Origin: an uncultured Bacteroidota bacterium
GTDB lineage: Bacteria > Bacteroidota > Bacteroidia > Flavobacteriales > Flavobacteriaceae
Length of the DNA stretch: 64,000 nt
Direction: 5' to 3'
Assembly: GCA_902560045.1 (NCBI GenBank)
Contig: CACEKJ010000004.1
Location: 12,224-76,223 of the forward strand
The notes beneath the pieces were generated by a model. The model saw nothing but the letters and a program-made list of their open reading frames with translations. It searched no databases and was not told the origin of the DNA. The translations under genes were made by a program, and so were the position numbers. Below are positions 48,111 to 56,561 of the stretch, in pieces (positions within the stretch are counted from its first letter, which is position 1; every line of letters begins with the position of its first letter).

Positions 48111-48917
48111 ATGAAAAATAGAAAGATTTTATACGTATCCTCTGAAGTAGTTCCATATTTACCAGAAAACGAAATTTCTTCAATGTCTTTTGAAATACCT
48201 AAAATGGTTAACAAACAGGGTGGCCAAATTAGAATTTTTATGCCTAAATATGGAAATATTAATGAAAGAAGGCATCAGTTACACGAAGTTATAAGATTAT
48301 CTGGACTTAACCTTGTGGTTAATGATCTTGATATGCCTTTGATAATTAAGGTTGCGTCAATCCCAAAAGAAAGAATTCAGGTTTATTTTATTGATAATGA
48401 AGAATACTTTAACAGAAAAGCTACTTTTAAAGATTCTAGTGATAAATTATTCGATGATAATGATGAGAGATGTATCTTTTTTACCAAAGGTGTTTTGGAA
48501 ACCATTAAAAGGTTGAACTGGTCGCCAGATATTATACATGTTCATGGATGGATGTCAGCATTACTACCGATATATCTAAAGGAGATTTTTAAAAACGAGC
48601 CAATATTTCAAAAAAGTAAAATTGTAACCTCATTATATGCAAATGAGTTTGAAAAAAACCTAAATAAAGATATGATCAATAAAGTTTTATTTGATGAAAT
48701 TGATCAAAAAAATATATCAGATTTAAAAGATCCTACTTATGAAAATCTTATGAGAATTGCCGTTGATTATTCAGATGCAATTATTATTGGATCTGAAAAT
48801 GTGTCATCAAAAACTATAGAATATTTAAAATCTTATAAAAACCCTATTTTGGATTTTCAACCTAAAGATTCCTTTTCAGAATCCTACACTGAATTTTATA
48901 ATAATTTGTTTGATTAA
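48111..48917 (+). CDS. Glycogen/starch synthase-like protein (short Bacteroidota form, N-terminal GT5 domain only)
   Basis: 268 aa with ILYVSSEVVPY...GG and PDIIHVHGWMSAL motifs. It is in the conserved position between panC and the DUF4270 gene. Confidence 0.75.
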   Translation: MKNRKILYVSSEVVPYLPENEISSMSFEIPKMVNKQGGQIRIFMPKYGNINERRHQLHEVIRLSGLNLVVNDLDMPLIIKVASIPKERIQVYFIDNEEYFNRKATFKDSSDKLFDDNDERCIFFTKGVLETIKRLNWSPDIIHVHGWMSALLPIYLKEIFKNEPIFQKSKIVTSLYANEFEKNLNKDMINKVLFDEIDQKNISDLKDPTYENLMRIAVDYSDAIIIGSENVSSKTIEYLKSYKNPILDFQPKDSFSESYTEFYNNLFD

Positions 48918-48922
48918 AAATA

Positions 48923-50560
48923 ATGAGTACAAATATTTTTAGAATACTAATTTTTCTTTTGATTCTGACATCTTGTGAAAAAGATTTTGCAAGCTTTGAT
49001 TCTGAGGTTATTAACTCAGAAAATGCGATAAATTTCTCCACTAATAGTATTGAATATAATCTTCAAAGTGTTTCTGAAAAAGTTAATCCAGTTCAAACGA
49101 ACAACCTCTCCTCCTTTTTATTGGGTAGTTATAACCACCCTCAGTACGGAAATTCAATAAGTAGTTTTATTGGTCAAATGGTTCCCGAAGAATACAATCA
49201 TGACTTTGGAGATAATGTTGTTCTTGATTCTGTTGTACTTACCATGCCATATTACTCGAGAGGAATCGAAACAAGCGAAGAAGGAGATATTACTTATGAA
49301 ATTGATTCGGTATATGGAAATTCTCCAATTAAAATTTCTGTTTACAGAAATAATTTCTTTTTAAGAACCTTTGATCCCTACGGAGATTTTGATGCAAGTC
49401 AAAAATATTTTTCAAATGCTTCGTTGTCTGCCGAAGAAATAATTGATTTTAATCAAATGGAAGGTGAACTCCTTTTTGAAATTGAAGATTTTACGCCAAG
49501 CGCAGAGCAAATTAATTTGACTGAAATTGACACCTCTGGAAATTCATTTGTTTCTCAAAGGCTTGCTCCTGCCTTAAGATTTAAGCTTAATAATCCAAAT
49601 GATAATTTTTGGGAAAACAATTTCTTTGAAAATGAGGGTGAGCCAGTCTTAACAAATGAACCAAATTTTAAAGATTTTTTTAGAGGGCTTTATATTAAAG
49701 TTGAAAATGTTAGTCAAGATGGGACAATGATGCTGTTAAATTTAGCTTCTTCAAATTCAAAACTTACAATACACTATACGTCTGATAATACCTCTATTGG
49801 AGACAATGATACTGGATCAGTTGATGAAATTGAAACAAATCAGCACGAATATGTAATGAACTTTTCTGGAAATTTATTTAATGTTTTTGAAGATGAAAAT
49901 CTTATCAGTGTTTCGTCAATGGATCAAACAAATGGTAATCAAAATATTTATCTTGATGGAGGAGAGGGGATAATCACAAAACTTGATTTATTCTCTGGAA
50001 CAGCAATTAACGAAGTGGGAGAAGAAATAGGTGAATTTGAACATTTTAAAAACTATTTCTACGATGAAATTTCAGATCAACCTAAAAGAATTATTAACGA
50101 AGCCTTTATCGAATTTTATGTAAATCAAAATTATCTTAATGCTGATGAGCCTGACAGAATTTATATATATAATTATGATCAAAATTCAGCTTTAATTGAT
50201 TATTTTCTTGATCAATCTATAAGTTCTACAACAATAAATGCAAAAATTAATCACTTAGTGCCATTAACTAGAGATAGTTTATCTGACAACAGAGGGATAA
50301 AATATAAAGTTAGAATTACAGAGCATCTTAACAATTTAATCTTAAGAGATTCAACAAATGCCAAGTTAGGACTTGCTGTTATTTCTGATATTGCATCGGT
50401 TCAAAATTTTGGCATTTTAGACGAAGAAGAATCAAATAATAAAAGTTTAGCATCAGGAATAATTCTAAGTCCAAAAGGAACTATTCTTCACGGAAATTTA
50501 AGTTTTGATTCTGAAAAAAGACCAATGATTAAAATATATTATACTGAGCCTGAAGATTAG
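48923..50560 (+). CDS. DUF4270-family lipoprotein
   Basis: Lipobox LILTSC and 545 aa. It shows the conserved flavobacterial synteny glgA-like, DUF4270, glmS. The family call is from memory of that synteny and general sequence character. Confidence 0.6.
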   Translation: MSTNIFRILIFLLILTSCEKDFASFDSEVINSENAINFSTNSIEYNLQSVSEKVNPVQTNNLSSFLLGSYNHPQYGNSISSFIGQMVPEEYNHDFGDNVVLDSVVLTMPYYSRGIETSEEGDITYEIDSVYGNSPIKISVYRNNFFLRTFDPYGDFDASQKYFSNASLSAEEIIDFNQMEGELLFEIEDFTPSAEQINLTEIDTSGNSFVSQRLAPALRFKLNNPNDNFWENNFFENEGEPVLTNEPNFKDFFRGLYIKVENVSQDGTMMLLNLASSNSKLTIHYTSDNTSIGDNDTGSVDEIETNQHEYVMNFSGNLFNVFEDENLISVSSMDQTNGNQNIYLDGGEGIITKLDLFSGTAINEVGEEIGEFEHFKNYFYDEISDQPKRIINEAFIEFYVNQNYLNADEPDRIYIYNYDQNSALIDYFLDQSISSTTINAKINHLVPLTRDSLSDNRGIKYKVRITEHLNNLILRDSTNAKLGLAVISDIASVQNFGILDEEESNNKSLASGIILSPKGTILHGNLSFDSEKRPMIKIYYTEPED

Positions 50561-50626
50561 TGCCAGATATTATAATTCATATTAAAAAATGATTCGTTAA
50601 AAACTAAATCTGATAAATTTGATCTT

Positions 50627-52474
50627 ATGTGTGGAATTGTTGGTTACTTAGGTGAAAAAGACTCATTAAATATAATTTTAAATGGATTAAAAAGGCTTGA
50701 ATATCGCGGATATGATAGCGCAGGTATAGCTGTTTACAACGGATCTACAATTGCTTGCTGTAAATCCAAAGGAAAAATAAGTAAACTTGAGAAAAGCTTA
50801 TCCAAGAGAAAAAATTTAAAAGGTGGCTTAGGAATTGGACACACAAGATGGGCCACTCATGGAGAACCTAATAATGTTAATGCACATCCTCAATTTTCTA
50901 ATTCCAATAAACTTTGTTTAGTGCATAATGGAATCATTGAAAATTACTCAACAATAAAACAAAAACTTGTCAAAGAAGGATTCACTTTTAAATCTGAAAC
51001 TGACACTGAAGTTTTGGTTAATTTAATTGAATTCGTAAAAACTAAAGAAGATGTAAAGTTAGGTGAAGCAGTTCAAATTGCGTTAAATCAAGTCATAGGA
51101 GCATATGCAATTGCAGTTATTGATAATGACAAACCTGATGAAATTGTGGTCGCTAAATTGGGTAGTCCTCTTTGTATTGGAGTTGGAGATGACGAATATT
51201 TTATTGGAAGTGATGTAACTCCATTTATCGAATACACTAAGAATGTAGTTTATTTGGAGGACGGTGAACTAGGCATTATAAGAAACCATAAAGAAACCTT
51301 TTACAGAAAGATAGTTGATGATAAAATTATTTCTCCAACTGTAAGTAAGTTAGAGCTAAGTTTAGATAAAATAGAAAAACAGGGCTTTGATCATTACATG
51401 TTAAAAGAGATTTATGAACAACCAAAAGCCATTAAAGATACATTAAGAGGAAGATTGAATATTTCAAAAGGTATAATCAAATTGTCGGGTATAGATGATT
51501 ACATTAATAAATTTTTATCTGCTAATAAAATAACAATTATAGCATGTGGTACATCATGGCATTCAGCTTTGGTTGCCGAATACATGTTTGAAAAAATTGC
51601 AAGAATTCCTGTAGAAGTTGAATATGCTTCTGAGTTTAGATACAGAGATCCTATAGTTGATAAAAATGATATCATTATTGCTATTTCTCAGTCTGGTGAA
51701 ACCGCTGATACTTTAGCAGCTATTAAACTAGCTAAGTCAAGAGGAGCATTTGTTTATGGAGTCTGTAATGTTGTTGGTTCCTCAATAGCCAGGGAATCTG
51801 ACACTGGTTCATATACACATGCCGGGCCTGAAATTGGAGTAGCTTCAACAAAAGCATTTACCACTCAAATGACTGTCCTTTATTTAATGGCAGTTAAATT
51901 AAGTAAGTCAAAGGGTGTTATTTCAGAAAAAATATTTCAAAAATATATATATGAAATTTCAAAAATTGGAGATTATGTACACAAAACTCTTGCAACGAAT
52001 AATAAAATAAAAAAAATAGCAAAAGAGTTCCAAAAATCTAAAAACTGTTTATATCTAGGAAGGGGCTATAACTTTCCGATTGCTTTGGAAGGAGCTTTGA
52101 AGCTTAAAGAAATTTCTTATATCCATGCTGAAGGCTATCCTGCAGCTGAAATGAAACACGGTCCAATTGCTTTGATTGATAAAGATATGCCAACAATAGT
52201 TATTGCTACCAATAAAATAAACTATGATAAAATCGTAAGCAATATTCAGGAAATTAAATCTAGAAAAGGAAAAATAGTAGCTATTGTTTCTGAGGGGGAC
52301 AAAGAAGTTAAAAAAATTGCTGATCACGTTATAGAAGTTCCTGATAGTGTTGAATCCATAACCCCTTTTATCACAGTTATTCCTCTTCAATTACTTTCTT
52401 ACCATATTGCAGTGTTGCTGGGTAAAGATGTTGATCAACCAAGAAATCTAGCGAAATCTGTTACCGTGGAGTAA
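50627..52474 (+). CDS. glmS: Glutamine-fructose-6-phosphate aminotransferase (isomerizing)
   Basis: MCGIVGY N-terminal nucleophile, two SIS domains and the C-terminus ...KSVTVE. Confidence 0.95.
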   Translation: MCGIVGYLGEKDSLNIILNGLKRLEYRGYDSAGIAVYNGSTIACCKSKGKISKLEKSLSKRKNLKGGLGIGHTRWATHGEPNNVNAHPQFSNSNKLCLVHNGIIENYSTIKQKLVKEGFTFKSETDTEVLVNLIEFVKTKEDVKLGEAVQIALNQVIGAYAIAVIDNDKPDEIVVAKLGSPLCIGVGDDEYFIGSDVTPFIEYTKNVVYLEDGELGIIRNHKETFYRKIVDDKIISPTVSKLELSLDKIEKQGFDHYMLKEIYEQPKAIKDTLRGRLNISKGIIKLSGIDDYINKFLSANKITIIACGTSWHSALVAEYMFEKIARIPVEVEYASEFRYRDPIVDKNDIIIAISQSGETADTLAAIKLAKSRGAFVYGVCNVVGSSIARESDTGSYTHAGPEIGVASTKAFTTQMTVLYLMAVKLSKSKGVISEKIFQKYIYEISKIGDYVHKTLATNNKIKKIAKEFQKSKNCLYLGRGYNFPIALEGALKLKEISYIHAEGYPAAEMKHGPIALIDKDMPTIVIATNKINYDKIVSNIQEIKSRKGKIVAIVSEGDKEVKKIADHVIEVPDSVESITPFITVIPLQLLSYHIAVLLGKDVDQPRNLAKSVTVE

Positions 52475-52524
52475 TTTATTGGGTACAAAGTTTGTATATT
52501 GAAATTGATTTATAATTATAGTTT

Positions 52525-53778
52525 ATGCCTTTTACAAACGATGCTATAGTATTTGGAATTTTAATGATTTCATTAGGTTTTGTTTTCTACACAGAATCTA
52601 AAAAGAAAGGTTTCTGGTTTAAATTTTATAAAGTTATTCCAGGGCTTCTAATGTGTTATTTTATTCCAGCTATTTTTAATTCTTTGGGAATAATTTCATC
52701 TGAAGAATCTCAAACTTATTACATAGCAAGTCGATATTTACTTCCAGCATCATTATTATTAATGACATTAAGTATAGATTTAAAAGCAATTTATAATCTT
52801 GGTTACAAGGCACTAGTGATGTTTTTTACAGGAACCATTGGAATTATAATTGGCGGGCCCATATCAATTTTAATTTTATCAATGTTTTTTCCTGAATTAT
52901 TTAATGGAGCAGGGCCAGATGCTATCTGGAGAGGTCTTTCAACTTTAGCTGGGAGCTGGATTGGAGGAGGAGCGAATCAAGCAGCAATGTTAGAGATATT
53001 TGAATACAATCCTCAAAAGTACGGAGGTATGGTTCTGGTTGATATAGTAGTTGCTAATATTTGGATGGCGATGATTTTGTTTGGAATTGGTAAAAAAGAT
53101 GCTATAAATAAGTGGTTAAAAGCTGATACTTCTGCTATTGAAGAATTAAAAGAAAAAGTTAGTTCATTTTCAAATAGCAATAAAAAAATTCCAAGCTTAA
53201 CAGATTATATGATTCTTCTGGCTATTGCTTTTGGAACGGTTGGTTTTTCACATTTGGGAGCCGAATACATCTCAGAGTTTTTAACCTCTAATTTTGAAGC
53301 GGTTGCTGATAAAAGCTCCGGATTATCATCTTTTGCTTCAAAGTTTTTTTGGATGATTTCAATTGCAACATTTATAGGAATTGGTCTATCATTTACTAAA
53401 GCGAGAAATTTTGAAGGAATTGGAGCTAGTAAAATCGGAAGTATTTTCATTTATATACTTGTTGCCACTATTGGAATGAAAATGGATTTAGGATCTATTC
53501 TCGATGAGCCTAAATTAATATTAATTGGTGTTATATGGATGTCAATTCACGCAAGCCTTTTAATTGTAGTGGCAAAATTAATTAGAGCTCCCTATTTCTT
53601 TCTAGCGGTTGGAAGTCAAGCAAACGTTGGTGGTGCTGCATCTGCTCCCGTTGTTGCTGCAGCGTTTCATCCTTCTTTGGCTACAGTTGGGGTATTATTA
53701 GCTGTATTTGGATATGTGGTAGGTACTTATGGTGCAATGATATGTACATGGCTAATGGAATATACTTCAAACTTATAA
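52525..53778 (+). CDS. DUF819-family integral membrane protein
   Basis: 417 aa with about 11-12 TM helices and motifs GSWIGGGANQAAM and GSQANVGGAASAPVVA typical of DUF819. Confidence 0.7.
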   Translation: MPFTNDAIVFGILMISLGFVFYTESKKKGFWFKFYKVIPGLLMCYFIPAIFNSLGIISSEESQTYYIASRYLLPASLLLMTLSIDLKAIYNLGYKALVMFFTGTIGIIIGGPISILILSMFFPELFNGAGPDAIWRGLSTLAGSWIGGGANQAAMLEIFEYNPQKYGGMVLVDIVVANIWMAMILFGIGKKDAINKWLKADTSAIEELKEKVSSFSNSNKKIPSLTDYMILLAIAFGTVGFSHLGAEYISEFLTSNFEAVADKSSGLSSFASKFFWMISIATFIGIGLSFTKARNFEGIGASKIGSIFIYILVATIGMKMDLGSILDEPKLILIGVIWMSIHASLLIVVAKLIRAPYFFLAVGSQANVGGAASAPVVAAAFHPSLATVGVLLAVFGYVVGTYGAMICTWLMEYTSNL

Positions 53779-53781
53779 TTA

Positions 53782-53961
53782 ATGGAAAAGAAAACTACAC
53801 ACATATTTAGAAAAGAAAAAGGTCAAATAGTTGTTCATGGTGAGGTTAATTTAACAGATTTAGAAGGAAATAAAATTCCTCATGGTGAAAAATTTACATT
53901 GTGCGGTTGTGCAAAATCCAAAAAACTTCCCTTTTGTGATGGCTCACATAAAGTTGATTAA
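53782..53961 (+). CDS. CDGSH iron-sulfur domain mini-protein (59 aa), not in the supplied ORF track
   Basis: ATG 53782 to TAA 53959-53961 translates to MEKKTTHIFRKEKGQIVVHGEVNLTDLEGNKIPHGEKFTLCGCAKSKKLPFCDGSHKVD. It contains an exact C-x-C-x2-S-x3-P-x-C-D-G-S-H signature. It starts 3 nt after the DUF819 stop. Confidence 0.8.
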   Translation: MEKKTTHIFRKEKGQIVVHGEVNLTDLEGNKIPHGEKFTLCGCAKSKKLPFCDGSHKVD

Positions 53962-53982
53962 TTAAATCATGGAATAAAATTT

Positions 53983-56340
53983 GTGAGAGTTATAAGTGTG
54001 AAAAACATTTTATCATTATTATTAGTTTTACCTACACTATTATTTTCTCAAATTGATGGTTCAATAATCGGTTACATTTATGATTCTAAAAGCCAACTAC
54101 CTCTATTAGGCGCTAATGTAATTATTGAAGGAACTGAAAAAGGTGCAATTTCAGATGAAAACGGGTTTTTTGAAATCACAAACATATCTCCAAAATCTTA
54201 TAACTTATCTGTGAGCTATGTAGGATACCAATCCAAAAAGATTTTTAATATCATAATTAAAAGTAAAGGAAACCAAACTTTAGAAATTCTTCTCGTTGAA
54301 TCTTCTGAAGAACTTGAGGAGATTATTTTATATGAAAGCCCTTTTAAAAAGTCTGTAGAAACTCCTCTTTCGGTTAATACTTTTTCAAGAGTTGAGATTG
54401 AAAGTTATCCTGGTGCTGATAATGATGTAACAAAGGTAGTTCAAAGTATGCCGGGTCTTTCCCCGTCTGTTGGTGGATTTAGAAATGATATTATTATTAG
54501 GGGTGGTGCACCAAACGAAACCGTTTATTATTTAGATGAAATCGAAATCCCAAATATTAATCACTTCAGTACCCAAGGAAGTGCAGGTGGGCCACAAGGA
54601 ATGATTAATATTTCCTTTATTGATGAGGTAACTTTAAGTACATCTGCATTTGGAGTCGAATATGACAATCCACTTAGTGGTGTATTACAGTTCAATCAGA
54701 AAAATGGAAATCCAAAGGAAATAAGCGGTAATTTTAGATTTGGAGCAAGTGATTCCGCAATAACCATTGAAGGCCCTTTTTCAAAAAGTGAAGACAATAA
54801 GACCACTTTTATTTTTTCTGCAAGAAAAAGTTACCTGCAGTTTCTTTTTGAACTAATTGGGCTACCAATTAGACCTGATTATTGGGACTTTCAGTGGAAA
54901 GTAAACCATAAAATAGATGATTATAACTCGATAAATTTTATAGGGCTTGGAGCAATCGATGATTTTTCGGTTGAAGCACCAGATGATTTTGATTTTACCC
55001 AGCAATCATTTTTAGAACAAGTTCCTATAATTCAGCAAAATTCAACAACAACTGGTATTTCGTGGATCAGAAAGTTTAAGGAAAAAAAGGGTCAATTTAT
55101 CTTAGCTCTAAGTACAAATAAATTAAAAAATATCTTTTCCAGATACGTTGATAATGAAAATTTAAATGGACTTTATTTTAGAAATGATTCTCATGAATGG
55201 GAAACTAAATTAAGATTGAAAACGGTGAATTATGTAAATGATTGGAAAATATCATGGGGTGGAAATATTCAATACTCAGATTACTTCAATAATACATCTG
55301 ATCTATATAATCAAGCAGAATACATAACCAAATTTAATTTTTACAAGTATGGGTTATTTGGGAATATTTCTAAGAGCTTTTTTGAAAATAAACTTGATGT
55401 ATCAATCGGAATTCGCTCCGACGAAGACACTTTTAGCAGTGGATCTAAACTAACAAACAATTTATCTCCAAGATTATCAACCTCGCTGTCAATTTCAAAA
55501 GATAGAAGGTTAAAATGGAATTCAAGTTTAGGCACTTATTACAAGATTCCTGTTTATACAGTTCTTGGGTTTAAAAACAATTTAGGAGAGTTTGCTAATC
55601 AAGATGCTCAATATACAAAAAGCAATCACTTTGTAACAGGCTTTGACTATGCTTTAGGAAATGCATCAAAAATATCCGTTGAAGGATTTTTAAAAAAATA
55701 TGATCAATTTCCAATATCTGTGGTTGACGGAGTATCTCTCGCAAATAAAGGAGCTGATTTTGAAGTTTTGGGTAATGAAAATATTATAACAGAGGGTAAA
55801 GGAAAAACAAGAGGACTAGAATTTCTTTTTCAACAAAAGTTGACTAATAATTTTTACGGAATATTTTCTTACACGTTCTTTAAGAGTGAGTTTACAGATA
55901 TAAACGGAAATTATTTACCCTCCGTATGGGACAGTAAGCATCTATCCTCTTTTAGTGGAGGCTATAAGCTCAAAAAGAATTGGGAAATAAGTTCAAGATG
56001 GCGTTTTTCAGGAAAAACTCCTTATGTGCCCTATAATTTGGATGCAAGCTTAGCAAATTATCCTAATATGATCCTAGATTATTCACAACTTGGAAATGTT
56101 AAACTTGGAAACTTTTCACAAGTAGATATAAGATTTGATAAAAAATGGAATAAAGAGAATATTTCTATAAACTTCTTTATTGAAATTTTAAATCTTCTTG
56201 CTCAAAAAATACCATCGCCGTCAGAATTTGGGTTGGAAAGGGATGGTAGTGGAAATATTATCACTCCTTTTAACCTTGTCGAGATTGATGTAAATAGGGA
56301 GTCTATGATCCCTTCTTTTGGTTTTTCTATTGATTTTTAG
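53983..56340 (+). CDS. TonB-dependent receptor with N-terminal carboxypeptidase-regulatory-like domain
   Basis: GTG start (or GTG 53998, giving MKNILSLLLVLPTLLFSQ). It has a CarboxypepD_reg module (GYIYDSKSQLPLLGANVII..GFFEI), a plug (RGGAPNETVYYLDEIEI) and a barrel ending ...FGFSIDF. Confidence 0.85.
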   Translation: MRVISVKNILSLLLVLPTLLFSQIDGSIIGYIYDSKSQLPLLGANVIIEGTEKGAISDENGFFEITNISPKSYNLSVSYVGYQSKKIFNIIIKSKGNQTLEILLVESSEELEEIILYESPFKKSVETPLSVNTFSRVEIESYPGADNDVTKVVQSMPGLSPSVGGFRNDIIIRGGAPNETVYYLDEIEIPNINHFSTQGSAGGPQGMINISFIDEVTLSTSAFGVEYDNPLSGVLQFNQKNGNPKEISGNFRFGASDSAITIEGPFSKSEDNKTTFIFSARKSYLQFLFELIGLPIRPDYWDFQWKVNHKIDDYNSINFIGLGAIDDFSVEAPDDFDFTQQSFLEQVPIIQQNSTTTGISWIRKFKEKKGQFILALSTNKLKNIFSRYVDNENLNGLYFRNDSHEWETKLRLKTVNYVNDWKISWGGNIQYSDYFNNTSDLYNQAEYITKFNFYKYGLFGNISKSFFENKLDVSIGIRSDEDTFSSGSKLTNNLSPRLSTSLSISKDRRLKWNSSLGTYYKIPVYTVLGFKNNLGEFANQDAQYTKSNHFVTGFDYALGNASKISVEGFLKKYDQFPISVVDGVSLANKGADFEVLGNENIITEGKGKTRGLEFLFQQKLTNNFYGIFSYTFFKSEFTDINGNYLPSVWDSKHLSSFSGGYKLKKNWEISSRWRFSGKTPYVPYNLDASLANYPNMILDYSQLGNVKLGNFSQVDIRFDKKWNKENISINFFIEILNLLAQKIPSPSEFGLERDGSGNIITPFNLVEIDVNRESMIPSFGFSIDF

Positions 56341-56561
56341 TGATTTTAGCCTAGATAAACATTATTTAATAAAAATGTTAAATTATTAGATTTATTGTAT
56401 GATTTTATAAAAATTAATACACAATTCATTGACAATTTAACAAAATACTAAGAATATTTTTAATAAAAATTTATTTTTTACCCCATTTTTTTGTCAATAT
56501 TCATGGCGTTAACAGATTATTAACATATATTTAACCCATAAAAATTAAACATAAACAAATT

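Noticed and set aside
50561-50626. glmS ribozyme/riboswitch upstream of glmS
   Set aside because: The leader is only 66 bp of AT-rich sequence, too short and unstructured for the ~170-nt ribozyme, which is known mainly from Firmicutes. The region instead contains a TAnnTTTG-like box (50614-50621) very close to the ATG.
56341-56561. Cobalamin or other riboswitch in the 221-bp leader of the 930-aa TBDR. I also checked 33851-33974 upstream of the 827-aa TBDR.
   Set aside because: The sequence is almost purely A/T, with no GC-rich paired elements and no B12-box-like core. There is only a weak 6-bp AT hairpin (AACATT…AATGTT). It is more likely promoter and UP-element DNA.
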